Of a stretch of DNA of 64,000 nucleotides, positions 20,608-29,630 are shown one piece after another. Both the position numbers and the translations under genes were made by a program. Below the pieces are notes generated by a model. The model saw only the letters and a program-made list of their open reading frames with translations, did not search any database and was not told the DNA's origin. Positions within the stretch are counted from its first letter, which is position 1, and every line of letters begins with the position of its first letter. Origin of the DNA: Actinomycetota bacterium. GTDB taxonomy: Bacteria; Actinomycetota; AC-67. The stretch lies in the NCBI GenBank assembly GCA_036397635.1, contig DASWIP010000038.1:185-64184 (forward strand). Direction: 5' to 3'.

Positions 20608-22035
20608 GTGGCGATCGTCGTCTACAACTCCCGGAGCAGGCGCAAAGAGCCGTTCGAGCCGCTGACGCCGGGCCGGGTCACGATGTACGTGTGTGGCCCG
20701 ACCGTGTACGACGACCCTCATCTCGGTCACGCGCGCGCCGCTGTCGCGTTCGACATCGTCCGGCGGGCCTTCGAGGCGCTCGGCCTTCGCGTCACCTACG
20801 TCCAGAACATCACCGACGTGGACGACAAGATCATCAACCGCGCCGCCGAAGAAGGGGCGTCCCCGTGGGAGATCGCCGAGCGCTACACGCGCGTGTACGA
20901 GGAGATGATGCGCGCGATCGGTGTGCGGCCGCCGAGCCTGACGCCGAAGGCGACCGGCCACATCACCGACATGATCGAGCTCATCGGCCGCCTGATCGAG
21001 GCGGGGAACGCGTACGCGCTCGAGGATGGCGACGTCTACTTCAGCATCGGATCGTTCGCGGGCTACGGCGGGTTGTCCGGACGGTCGCTCGAGGACATGC
21101 GCGCAGGTGAGCGCGTGGAGCCCGACCCGCGCAAGCGCAACCCGATGGACTTCGCGCTGTGGAAGGGCGCAGACAAGGCCTGGCAGGTGTCCTGGCCGGC
21201 GCCGTGGGGTGCGGGAAGGCCGGGCTGGCACATCGAGTGCTCCGCGATGAGCATGAAGTATCTCGGCGAAACGTTCGACATCCACGGCGGCGGCCAGGAC
21301 CTGATCTTCCCTCACCACGAGAACGAGTCCGCGCAGTCCGAGGCAGTTACCGGGAAGCCTCTCGCGCGATACTGGCTGCACAACGGGTTCGTCACGATCA
21401 ACCATGAGAAGATGTCGAAGTCGTTGAAGAACTACATGGCGCTCCGCGATGTGCTCGAGGATCATCCCGCGCCCGCGGTGCGCATGCTGCTCGCGAGCGT
21501 GCATTACCGATCTCCGCTGGACATGTCGCCCGACGTGCTCGAGGAGGCGCGCGCGGCTTGGGATCGGTTCGCCGTCTTCGCGCGCAATGCCGCCGCCGCT
21601 GCAGGCGCCGCCGCCGCCGGCGGAGGCGACACGATCGATGAGGACTACCGGGGGCGTTTCCTGGCGGCGATGGCTGATGACTTCGCCACGCCCGAGGCCG
21701 TCGCGATCCTGCACGAGATGATCGGCGAGGCGAACCCTTTGATCGACAAGGTCGAGGCCGGCGACGATCCTTCGCGGCTCGCGGAGCTGCTCGCGACGTT
21801 CCGGGCGTGCGCGGCGGTGCTGGGGCTTGATCCGATCGGCGACTGGCCGGAGGCGGGCCGCGTGCAGCAGATGCGTCCCTTGGTCGAGTTCTTGCTCGAG
21901 CAGCGCCGACGGGCGCGCGAGAACAAGGATTACGCGGGTGCCGACGCGGTTCGCGACGCGCTGGCCGACGCCGGCGTTGTCGTCGAGGACCGTTCCCAAG
22001 GCGCGCGCTGGTACCTGTCCGATCCCTGGTCATGA
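20608..22035 (+). CDS. cysS: cysteine--tRNA ligase
   Basis: MYVCGPTVYDDPHLGHAR (HIGH motif), KMSKS, WHIECSAM. 475 aa. Confidence 0.95.
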   Translation: MAIVVYNSRSRRKEPFEPLTPGRVTMYVCGPTVYDDPHLGHARAAVAFDIVRRAFEALGLRVTYVQNITDVDDKIINRAAEEGASPWEIAERYTRVYEEMMRAIGVRPPSLTPKATGHITDMIELIGRLIEAGNAYALEDGDVYFSIGSFAGYGGLSGRSLEDMRAGERVEPDPRKRNPMDFALWKGADKAWQVSWPAPWGAGRPGWHIECSAMSMKYLGETFDIHGGGQDLIFPHHENESAQSEAVTGKPLARYWLHNGFVTINHEKMSKSLKNYMALRDVLEDHPAPAVRMLLASVHYRSPLDMSPDVLEEARAAWDRFAVFARNAAAAAGAAAAGGGDTIDEDYRGRFLAAMADDFATPEAVAILHEMIGEANPLIDKVEAGDDPSRLAELLATFRACAAVLGLDPIGDWPEAGRVQQMRPLVEFLLEQRRRARENKDYAGADAVRDALADAGVVVEDRSQGARWYLSDPWS

Positions 22036-22787
22036 TGTCGATCGAGGGCCGCCAGCCCGTTCGCGAGGCCTTGCGCGCGGGACGGCCCATCGACCGGATC
22101 GTGATCGCCGAGGGCGCACGCGCGGCCGGGGTGCTCGAGGAGATCCTGCGCGAAGCACGCGAACGCGGCATACCGGTCGAGCGCGTTCCGCGCGCGTCGC
22201 TCGACCGTCGCGCATCGTCGCGCGCGCACCAGGGCGTCATCGCGGAGGCGGCCGCCTACCGGACCCGCGACTGGCGCGAGGGGGTGGCCGCGGCGCGCGC
22301 GGCCGGGCGTACGCCCTTGTTGCTCGCGCTGGACGGCATCCAGGATCCCCAGAACCTCGGCGCCTTGCTTCGCTCGGCGGAGGTGCTCGGCACCGATGCG
22401 GTGATCGTGCCCGCGAGGCGCAGCGCGCCCCTCGGGGCCGCTGTGGCCAAAGCAGCGGCTGGGGCGCTCGAGCACCTCGTCGTGGACCAGGTGTCGAATG
22501 TCGAGCGCGCGCTGGCAGCCTGCAGTCAGGAGGGCCTCTGGATCGTGGCTCTCGCGGGTGAGGGCGAGCAGCCGATCGAGGATTGCGAGCTGCTCGGTGA
22601 GCCGGTGGTCGTGGTCGTCGGGGCTGAGGGCGCGGGTGTGTCCTCGCTGATCCGCAAGCGCGCGGATGCGCTGGTGCGCATCCCGATGCTCGGGCGGATC
22701 GGCTCGTTGAATGCGAGCGCGGCCGGTGCGATCTGCTTGTGGGAGGCGTCGCGCCACCGCAGAGTCGCCCCAGGCGATACGAACTGA
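22032..22787 (+). CDS. rlmB: 23S rRNA (guanosine-2'-O)-methyltransferase RlmB (TrmH/SpoU family)
   Basis: Motifs LDGIQDPQNLGALLRSA, VVGAEGAGV and SLNASAAGAI. ATGA overlap with cysS. Confidence 0.8.
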   Translation: MMSIEGRQPVREALRAGRPIDRIVIAEGARAAGVLEEILREARERGIPVERVPRASLDRRASSRAHQGVIAEAAAYRTRDWREGVAAARAAGRTPLLLALDGIQDPQNLGALLRSAEVLGTDAVIVPARRSAPLGAAVAKAAAGALEHLVVDQVSNVERALAACSQEGLWIVALAGEGEQPIEDCELLGEPVVVVVGAEGAGVSSLIRKRADALVRIPMLGRIGSLNASAAGAICLWEASRHRRVAPGDTN

Positions 22788-22862
22788 CGGTCCAAGTACC
22801 GTTTTGCCCGAATTTCCTCTTCCCGAAGTGTCGACTGGGCAGGATTGACCGCTGTCGTTGCC

Positions 22863-22890
22863 TTGACCCCTAGTCATTGCGGACTATATC
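22863..22890 (+). promoter_or_regulatory. putative promoter of sigH
   Basis: TTGACC, then 16 nt, then TATATC, in the AT-richer 158-nt gap after rlmB. Confidence 0.3.
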
Positions 22891-22945
22891 CTCGCCCGCA
22901 AGGCGCTCAAGATCATCCCGATCTCTCCTAGCGGCGGGGGAGTAC

Positions 22946-23611
22946 ATGGCAAGAGAGCTTGAGGCGCTTCGGGTCCAGGACGGGCTCGAGGACGCCACGG
23001 ACGACGAACTCGTCCTCAGGGCCCGAGCAGGCGACGATGCTGCGCTCGAGCATCTTCTGATTCGCTACAAGAACTTCGCGCGCGTCAAAGCGCGCTCGTA
23101 CTTCCTGATCGGTGCGGACAAAGAGGACATCGTTCAGGAAGGCATGATCGGCCTGTACAAGGCCATCCGCGACTTCCGCCCCGACAAGCAGTCCTCGTTC
23201 CGCGCGTTCGCGGAACTGTGCATCACGCGGCAGATCATCACCGCGATCAAGACTGCGACCCGGCAGAAGCACATCCCACTGAACTCGTACGTGTCCCTTA
23301 CGCGTCCGGTCCAGCAGGAGGATGGGGGAGAGCCCGACCGCGTGCTGGTGGACGTGCTGACGCAGGGCTCGAACTCGGACCCGGTGGAGCTGGTCATCTC
23401 ACGCGAAGAGGTCGACTCGATGCAGACATCGTTCCGCGAGATCCTGTCGGATCTCGAGGCGAAGGTCCTGCACCTGTACCTCGAGGGCAAGAGTTACCAG
23501 GACATCTCCGAGGTGCTGAAGCGCCGCGTGAAGTCGATCGACAACGCGCTGCAGCGCATCAAGCGCAAGGTCGAGATGCACGTCGAGCGCCGTAGACTCG
23601 AGACGATGTAG
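22946..23611 (+). CDS. sigH: RNA polymerase sigma factor, Bacillus SigH (Spo0H)-type
   Basis: Long blocks match my recollection of B. subtilis SigH: KARSYFLIGADKEDIVQEGMIGLYKAIRDF, SFRAFAELCITRQIITAIKTATRQKHIPLNSY and KSIDNALQRIKRK. ATG 22946 follows GGGGGAG. Confidence 0.85.
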   Translation: MARELEALRVQDGLEDATDDELVLRARAGDDAALEHLLIRYKNFARVKARSYFLIGADKEDIVQEGMIGLYKAIRDFRPDKQSSFRAFAELCITRQIITAIKTATRQKHIPLNSYVSLTRPVQQEDGGEPDRVLVDVLTQGSNSDPVELVISREEVDSMQTSFREILSDLEAKVLHLYLEGKSYQDISEVLKRRVKSIDNALQRIKRKVEMHVERRRLETM

Positions 23612-23626
23612 CCAACGCGAACCTGT

Positions 23627-23662
23627 GAAGACCCCGGGACCACCCGGGGTCTTCGCTTTCTT
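23627..23662 (+). terminator. rho-independent terminator after sigH
   Basis: GAAGACCCCGGG-acca-CCCGGGGTCTTC (12-bp stem) followed by GCTTTCTT. Confidence 0.7.
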
Positions 23663-23742
23663 GCGCGCGCGGTTGTTGGACGGACGATGGCGGCGGCGGT
23701 TGCCCCACCGGTCCTGTCGTACCCGGTTGGTAGGGTGCGACC

Positions 23743-24333
23743 ATGGCATATCCGAAGGGTGCTCCTCATCCGAAACGAGTGGGCGACGTCACCACCGCAG
23801 CAGTGCTCATGCGTCTCATCGACCTCTATGGGACGGTGCTACTTCCGTTCGGAGAGAATCAACGCTACGACCTCGTCGTCGAGATCGACGAGCGACTCGT
23901 GCGCGTTCAATGCAAGACTGGCCGCCTGCGGGATGGCGTGATCAAGTTCAACGCTTGCAGCAGCTCTTACCATCATCCTGGGCGGGACCGTACCTCCGGG
24001 TACAACCACAGCTACAAGGGACAGGCAGAATTCTTCGGGGTCTATTGCCCGCAGATCGACGCGGTGTTCCTTGTTCCCGTCGATAACGTCGGCGTCCGGC
24101 TTGGAACGCTCCGGGTTGCGCCGACCGCGAATTCGCAACAACGGGGGATCCGCTGGGCTTCCGACTACGAGTTGCGAGGGTCTATCCTGAAGGACGGACC
24201 CAGGCGAGAGATACCGGGGGCCGGGGGGTGGCGGATGTCTACGCTTTTCGAGCGCGGCCCGAGGTACGCTGCTCGATGCGTGGTACCTCGCCGGGTTAGC
24301 TCAGTGGCAGAGCCACCGACTTGTAATCGGTAA
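23743..24333 (+). CDS. PD-(D/E)XK endonuclease, group-I-intron-associated (I-Ssp6803I-like) family; 3' tail runs into the tRNA
   Basis: VGDVTTAAVLMRLIDLYGTVLLPFGENQRYDLVVEIDERLVRVQCKTG gives the D...(E/Q)xK core. The conserved part ends near aa 146. A further 50 aa are unconserved-looking and overlap tRNA-Thr by 44 nt. Codon use is visibly more A/T-rich than in the neighbours. Confidence 0.6.
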   Translation: MAYPKGAPHPKRVGDVTTAAVLMRLIDLYGTVLLPFGENQRYDLVVEIDERLVRVQCKTGRLRDGVIKFNACSSSYHHPGRDRTSGYNHSYKGQAEFFGVYCPQIDAVFLVPVDNVGVRLGTLRVAPTANSQQRGIRWASDYELRGSILKDGPRREIPGAGGWRMSTLFERGPRYAARCVVPRRVSSVAEPPTCNR

Positions 24334-24360
24334 ACGTCGGTTCGATTCCGGCACCCGGCT
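24290..24360 (+). tRNA. tRNA-Thr (anticodon UGU)
   Basis: Manual cloverleaf: acceptor GCCGGGT/ACCCGGC, D-arm GCTC-AGTGGCA-GAGC, anticodon arm ACCGA-CTTGTAA-TCGGT, T-arm GTCGG-TTCGATT-CCGGC, discriminator T. CCA is not encoded. Confidence 0.9.
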
Positions 24361-24432
24361 CGACGGGTCCTCAGTACCATCGCGTGCTGCTTGAGACCAG
24401 GTTTCAAAGCTGATCGGCGGTAATCTCTCAGC

Positions 24433-25674
24433 ATGAGCAATGCGTGGACCTCGGCGCTCGCGCAGCTGGACGAGGCCGCTGCGTACCTGGACCTCGACCC
24501 CGACCTCCATCGCGTCTTCCGCGAGCCCAAGCGGATCCTGCAGGTCAGCGTCCCCATCAAGATGGACGACGGCACCGTGGAGGTCTTCCAGGGATACCGC
24601 GTGCACCACAACCTGTCTCGCGGGCCGGCCAAGGGCGGCATCCGCTACCACCCAGAAGTCAGCCTGGACGAGGTCAAAGCCCTCGCGATGTGGATGACCT
24701 GGAAGTGCTCGCTGGTCAACATCCCCTACGGCGGCGCGAAGGGCGGCGTGCGGGTCGCGCCCTGGAACCTCAGCCAGGCCGAGCTCGAGCGGCTGACGCG
24801 CCGCTACGCGACCGAGATCCTGCCGTTCATCGGTCCCGACAAGGACATCCCGGCTCCCGACATGAACACCGACGAGCGCATCATGGCCTGGATCATGGAC
24901 ACTTACTCGAAGTTCGCGGGTCACACGGTGTCCGGGGTCGTGACCGGCAAGCCGGTCATCGTCGGAGGTTCCAAGGGACGGGCCGGCGCAACCAGCCGCG
25001 GCGTGGTCTACGTCACGCTGGCGGCGATGAAGCGGCTCGGCTGGCAGATCGAGGGTACCCGGATCGCGGTCCAGGGCTTCGGCAAGGTCGGTGGTTTCGC
25101 GGCGCAGGTCTATCACGACATGGGATTCACCGTCGTCGGGATCAGCGACTACAAGGGCGGCGTGTACAACTCCCAGGGCCTGAGCCCCTCGGCTCTGGTG
25201 CGACATCGCAACGAGGCAGACACGGTTGCGGGATTCCCCGGCGCCGACGCTATCACGAACGCTGAGCTGCTCGAGCTGGACGTGGACATGCTGGTCCCCG
25301 CCGCGATCGAGGACCAGATCACCGAGCAAAACGCGGACAAGATCCGCGCGCGCATGATCGTCGAGGCCGCGAACGGGCCGACGCAGCCGGGGGCCGACCA
25401 CGCGCTCGACGAACGGGGGATATACGTCATCCCCGACGTGCTCGCGAACGCTGGTGGCGTGACGGTTAGCTATTTCGAATGGGTCCAGGGGACCCAGCAG
25501 TACTTCTGGACCGAGGATCAGGTGAACCAGCGGCTCCGTGAGGTGATGGATCGCGCCTTCGACGAGACGGCGGCATACGCCGAGGAAAACAGCGTCAGGA
25601 TGAGGCTTGCCGCGCTGGCTCTGGGCATCTCTCGCGTCGCCGAGGCGCACGCGGTCCGCGGCCTTTTCCCCTGA
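24433..25674 (+). CDS. gdhA: Glu/Leu/Phe/Val-family glutamate dehydrogenase
   Basis: Motifs GPAKGGIRYHP, PYGGAKGG, and GFGKVGG (Rossmann fold). 413 aa. Confidence 0.9.
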   Translation: MSNAWTSALAQLDEAAAYLDLDPDLHRVFREPKRILQVSVPIKMDDGTVEVFQGYRVHHNLSRGPAKGGIRYHPEVSLDEVKALAMWMTWKCSLVNIPYGGAKGGVRVAPWNLSQAELERLTRRYATEILPFIGPDKDIPAPDMNTDERIMAWIMDTYSKFAGHTVSGVVTGKPVIVGGSKGRAGATSRGVVYVTLAAMKRLGWQIEGTRIAVQGFGKVGGFAAQVYHDMGFTVVGISDYKGGVYNSQGLSPSALVRHRNEADTVAGFPGADAITNAELLELDVDMLVPAAIEDQITEQNADKIRARMIVEAANGPTQPGADHALDERGIYVIPDVLANAGGVTVSYFEWVQGTQQYFWTEDQVNQRLREVMDRAFDETAAYAEENSVRMRLAALALGISRVAEAHAVRGLFP

Positions 25675-25703
25675 CCCCGCTTCGGTGCGTCGTTCGCCGG
25701 GGT

Positions 25704-26000
25704 GTGGCAGGATACTCGCCGATGGGCGAGCACCAGACCACCGAGAGAGCCCGCCTGGGCGAGCGCGAGCTCGAGGTCCTCACCTTCGAGCGGGAATGGT
25801 GGAAGCACGCCGGTTCCAAGGAGCGCGCGGTTCGCGAGCGCTTCGGGTTCTCGGTGACGCGTTACTACCAGATCCTCAACGAGATGATCGACTCGCCGGC
25901 CGCTCTTGCCGTCGACCCGATGCTCATCCGGCGCCTCCGCCGTCAACGCGCCGCCCGTCAGCGTCAGCGTGCCGCCCGCCGGCTCGGCCTGCCCGAGTGA
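25704..26000 (+). CDS. DUF3263 domain protein
   Basis: LTFEREWWKHAGSKERAVRERFGFSVTRYYQILNEMID is the typical DUF3263 block. The start could instead be ATG 25722. Confidence 0.7.
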   Translation: MAGYSPMGEHQTTERARLGERELEVLTFEREWWKHAGSKERAVRERFGFSVTRYYQILNEMIDSPAALAVDPMLIRRLRRQRAARQRQRAARRLGLPE

Positions 26001-26003
26001 GCC

Positions 26004-26543
26004 GTGCCCGGTAAGCACGCTCCCGGATCGTCGGGGTCCTTCATCCTTTCGCTGGGCCGCTCGGCCGCCTTCGCGCTCGCCGTCTTGGGCGTGGTCGTGC
26101 TGATCGCGGTCGTCGCAGTTAACTCGCGGGGTGACGAGCCCGGCTCCCGCGCGCAGGGCCCGACGAGTCCGACACCGACCACCAGCGCCGAGCCGACGAG
26201 TACGGTGAAGCCTCGATCCCCCTCGCCGGAGGCCTCGGCGAGCCTGCGGCCGCACGCGAAGGTCGCCGTTCACGTGCTCAACGGCAATGGGCGAACCGGC
26301 GCCGCCGGCGCTGTTGCATCGCAGCTCGAGGAAGACGGCTACGTCATCATCGAGCCCGGCAACTCCCCGATCATCAACCGGACGATCATCTACTACGGCG
26401 AGGGCTACCTGGACGATGCGAACGCCCTGAGGCAGCGCCACTTCGACCACGTCAAGGCCGCGCGCGTGCAGCCGCGCGAACCCGGTGTCGGTGACGAGTC
26501 CGCGAACATCGTGGTGATCCTGGGGAAGGATCAGCCGGTCTAG
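26004..26543 (+). CDS. LytR_C domain membrane protein
   Basis: One TM helix, a Pro/Ser/Thr linker, and VAVHVLNGNGRTGAAGAVASQLEEDGY..IIYYG (LytR C-terminal domain). Confidence 0.7.
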   Translation: MPGKHAPGSSGSFILSLGRSAAFALAVLGVVVLIAVVAVNSRGDEPGSRAQGPTSPTPTTSAEPTSTVKPRSPSPEASASLRPHAKVAVHVLNGNGRTGAAGAVASQLEEDGYVIIEPGNSPIINRTIIYYGEGYLDDANALRQRHFDHVKAARVQPREPGVGDESANIVVILGKDQPV

Positions 26544-26549
26544 CGACAC

Positions 26550-27338
26550 TCAACGCTGCCCGACGAGCACCAGGTCAGTGCGGCTCACGATGGTGACGGT
26601 GCCGCCCGAGAACGCGACATCCCCCACCTGGAACGTTCCCTCGGACGTTGTGTGGATCTCGACGGCGAAGCCTTCCCGGAATGCGAACGCGATCTCAGTC
26701 GCGCTCGTCTCGATACCGGCGAGCAGCAGCGTCTGGTCGCCGATCGGCCGCTGGCGTACGAGCGGCCGTCGCGTCGCCAGGACCACCGTCGCGCAGTCGT
26801 AGCCCTGGACGACGCGCGCGCCGTCGACGCGGCCGCGCTGCCGGCCATCGCCGGCGCCCGGCTGGTCGGTGGGACCCGGCACCGGCGTCTCCCAGGTCTC
26901 GCCGAGCCGAACCCTGCCCGACGGGAGCGGCGAGCCGAGGAGGGGTGCCAGTTCCTGCACGTCGGCGCCGATGATCTCGGCGGGCACGTCGCCCACCGAC
27001 CTGATCGAGCGGACCTCGCCGTCGGGCCCGAGCACCAGCTCGGCGCGCTGCTCGGGCGGTGGATCGACTGCACGGCCGTCGCGCGCGAACGACGTCGGTG
27101 ACAACGTCAGCCTTATCGTGGTCGTGGCACCCTCGAGCGAGACGATCTCAATGGTGGAACGCGCGCGCAACAGGGTGCGCTGGCGCTGCCGGTCGCCGCC
27201 GAGCTCGATCGTGGTCGTCGCATCCGCCTCGAGCTTGTAGGTGCGACGATCGCCGAGCTCGTATACCGGGGACAGGATGATCGGCGGGGTCGCGCAGGCA
27301 GCCAGCAGCAGCAGGATCACAGCGGAGAGGCGGCGCAC
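26550..27338 (-). CDS. hypothetical lipoprotein
   Basis: GTG 27338 gives VRRLSAVILLLLAAC (lipobox). GC3 is high and I recognise no family. The ORF is open up to 27608. Confidence 0.5.
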   Translation of the reverse strand: MRRLSAVILLLLAACATPPIILSPVYELGDRRTYKLEADATTTIELGGDRQRQRTLLRARSTIEIVSLEGATTTIRLTLSPTSFARDGRAVDPPPEQRAELVLGPDGEVRSIRSVGDVPAEIIGADVQELAPLLGSPLPSGRVRLGETWETPVPGPTDQPGAGDGRQRGRVDGARVVQGYDCATVVLATRRPLVRQRPIGDQTLLLAGIETSATEIAFAFREGFAVEIHTTSEGTFQVGDVAFSGGTVTIVSRTDLVLVGQR

Positions 27339-27345
27339 GGGGGCA

Positions 27346-28167
27346 GTGTACCGGGATGGTGCGCTAGCCTTGCGCGCGGTGGGGAACCGACGAGAGAGCC
27401 TGCTCAAGTCTCTGGCGAACGTCGCGTCCGGCGCGGGCATCTTCTGCGACTTCGACGGGTGCCTGGCGCCCATCGTCGAGGTGCCCGAGGACGCCCGCGC
27501 CGTGCGCGGGACCGGCACGGTCCTTGCGCGCCTCGCCCAGCGGTTCGCCGTGGTGGCGGTGATCTCGGGCCGACCGGTGTCGTTCCTGTCGCGGCGGATC
27601 CGCGCCAAAGGCGTCCGCCTGGTGGGCCTTTATGGGATCGAGCAGCGCGTCGGCGGCCGCCTGGTCGTGGATCCCGAGGCCGAGGGCGCCCGCGCGGCGA
27701 TCGAGGAAGCGGTCCGCCGATTGACCGGCGAGTTGCGCTTCATCCGGGGTGTGGTCGTGGAGCACAAGGGCCTCGCGGCGACGGTCCATTTCCGGCGGGC
27801 AGCCGACCCCGAAGAGGCGCAGGCTCGCGCGGAGCCGATCGTCGACCAGGTCGCCCGGAGCGCCGGGTTCGATCTGATGCATGGGCGCAAGGTCCTCGAG
27901 ATCAGGCCGCGCGCCGGCGGCGACAAGGGCGACGCGTTGCGTCACATCGTGCGCGAGACCGGCGTGCGTGCGGCGCTGGTCGCCGGAGACGACGTCGGCG
28001 ATCTTGCATCGTTCGCCGCGGTCTCGGGCCTGTCGCCCGCGGTGCGCGTCGCGGTCGGATCGGACGAGTCGCCGCCCGAGCTGCTCCACCGCGCCGACGT
28101 CGTGGTCGGGTCACCGGCGGAGTTCGTCGAGCTGCTCAGCCGTCTCGCAGACGAGACAGGTCCTTGA
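27346..28167 (+). CDS. otsB: trehalose-phosphatase (HAD-IIB)
   Basis: FCDFDGCLAP (DxDG), GDKGDAL and GDDVGD motifs. The start is uncertain (GTG 27346); the ORF is open from 27241. Confidence 0.75.
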   Translation: MYRDGALALRAVGNRRESLLKSLANVASGAGIFCDFDGCLAPIVEVPEDARAVRGTGTVLARLAQRFAVVAVISGRPVSFLSRRIRAKGVRLVGLYGIEQRVGGRLVVDPEAEGARAAIEEAVRRLTGELRFIRGVVVEHKGLAATVHFRRAADPEEAQARAEPIVDQVARSAGFDLMHGRKVLEIRPRAGGDKGDALRHIVRETGVRAALVAGDDVGDLASFAAVSGLSPAVRVAVGSDESPPELLHRADVVVGSPAEFVELLSRLADETGP

Positions 28168-29590
28168 GTTGCGTGCCCAGCCAGCGCGCCGGCGACGTGC
28201 CGCGCGCGAGGGGACGCAGCCGCTCGGCCATCGCCTGTCGCTCGCCTCGATCCATCGCGAGCGCGCGCTCGATCGCCGCGGCGGTGCCCGCGGGATCGAA
28301 CGGGTTCACGATCAAGGCTGCCGGCGCCAGCTCGGCGGCCGCGCCGGCGTTGCGTGACAGCACCAGCACGCCGTCGCGCTCGTTCAGGCACGGACCCTCG
28401 CGCGCGACCAGGTTCATGCCGTCGTAGACGGGGTTGACCACCAGCACGTCGTAGCGCTGATAGGCGGCCAGCGTTCGGGGGAAGTCGTCTTCGATCTCGA
28501 CGACCAGCGGCTGCCAGCTCGGCGTGCCGAACCGCTCGTTGATCGCGGCCGCGCGTATCTTGCACGCCTGAACGTACTCCTCGTACTCGGGGACGCCGTG
28601 GCGGCTGGGTGTCAAGAACGCCAGGTGGATGATCCGCTCGTGCAGGTCTGGGCGCTGCTCGAGCAGCATCTCGTACGCGATGAATCCGCGCAGGATGTTC
28701 TTCGACAGCTCCGTGCGGTCGACGCGCAAGATCAGCGTTCGGTCCCGGACCACGTCGTCGATGCTCGCGCGCGCGCGTGCAACATCTGCTCGTGCCGCCT
28801 CCTCGGACAGGTTGTGGATGTTCACGCCGATCGGATAGACGCCGACCCGCGTCGTCCCGCGCTCGTGCCAGATCGTCTTCCCACGCACACGCGCGCCGAG
28901 CAGCTCGCGGCAGCAGTCTGTGAAGTTCCGGGCCCAGCGCTGCGTGTGAAACCCGACGATGTCCGCCCCGAGCATCCCCTCGAGCAGCGCAGCGCCCCAG
29001 GCGTCGGGCAGCACGCGATAGTTGTCCGGCGAGCTGAACGGGATGTGCCAGAAGAAGGCCTGCTGCAGATCCGGCCGGCGCTCACGCAGGAGCGCCGGCA
29101 CGAGGCTGAGGTGATAATCCTGCGGCAACACCGCCGATCCGCGGGGCGCTGCCTCGGCGATGGTGGCGGCGAAGCGTTCGTTCACCGCCCGGTAGGCATC
29201 CCAGGCCTCCGCCCCTCCGGCGCCGAACGCGGGTGTGCGTGGTGAATCCCACAGATCGTGATGGAGGAACCAGAGGGTGCGGTTCGAGAACTCGTTGTAG
29301 TAGAGGTCGTAGGCGGCGGGATCCAGATCCGTGAGGTGGACGTGAAGGATGCCGCGCGCGCCCGCGCCCAGATGCCGATCCACGTCGAACGCTCCGCGAC
29401 CGGCGGCGGCCTCCTCGCGATCGACGTCGGTGATCGCCGCCGCGATCCAGGTCGCGTCGCGTGCGAGCAGCGCGCCGCCGACCGCGGTCACCAAGCCACC
29501 GACCCCGCGGCGCTGCTCGATCGAGCCGTTCGTCCGAGCGAGCACGACCGGACCACGGTTGGAGGCGACGACGATGGGCGTGGCGTCCAC
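28136..29590 (-). CDS. otsA: alpha,alpha-trehalose-phosphate synthase (GT20)
   Basis: Motifs VVASNRGP, LWFLHH, DYHL and NPVYDGMNLVA. 484 aa. Its 3' end overlaps the otsB 3' end by 32 nt. Confidence 0.9.
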   Translation of the reverse strand: MDATPIVVASNRGPVVLARTNGSIEQRRGVGGLVTAVGGALLARDATWIAAAITDVDREEAAAGRGAFDVDRHLGAGARGILHVHLTDLDPAAYDLYYNEFSNRTLWFLHHDLWDSPRTPAFGAGGAEAWDAYRAVNERFAATIAEAAPRGSAVLPQDYHLSLVPALLRERRPDLQQAFFWHIPFSSPDNYRVLPDAWGAALLEGMLGADIVGFHTQRWARNFTDCCRELLGARVRGKTIWHERGTTRVGVYPIGVNIHNLSEEAARADVARARASIDDVVRDRTLILRVDRTELSKNILRGFIAYEMLLEQRPDLHERIIHLAFLTPSRHGVPEYEEYVQACKIRAAAINERFGTPSWQPLVVEIEDDFPRTLAAYQRYDVLVVNPVYDGMNLVAREGPCLNERDGVLVLSRNAGAAAELAPAALIVNPFDPAGTAAAIERALAMDRGERQAMAERLRPLARGTSPARWLGTQLKDLSRLRDG

Positions 29591-29630
29591 GGCCCAAGCC
29601 TACCCGAGCATCACACCGCGGAAACTGGGC

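Noticed and set aside
24290-24360. Group I intron interrupting the tRNA, by analogy with I-Ssp6803I.
   Set aside because: The tRNA-Thr folds as a contiguous 71-nt cloverleaf with an intact anticodon loop. The endonuclease gene lies upstream, not inside it.
23612-24432. Integrated mobile element or prophage remnant at tRNA-Thr.
   Set aside because: I found no integrase, excisionase or transposase. I also found no direct repeat of the tRNA 3' half nearby. Only the single endonuclease-like gene is foreign-looking.
27459-28427. 322-aa Arg-rich plus-strand ORF across otsB/otsA, and the 241-aa minus-strand ORF 27364..28089.
   Set aside because: These are alternative frames of clear otsB and otsA genes, with extreme Arg/Gly/Pro composition.
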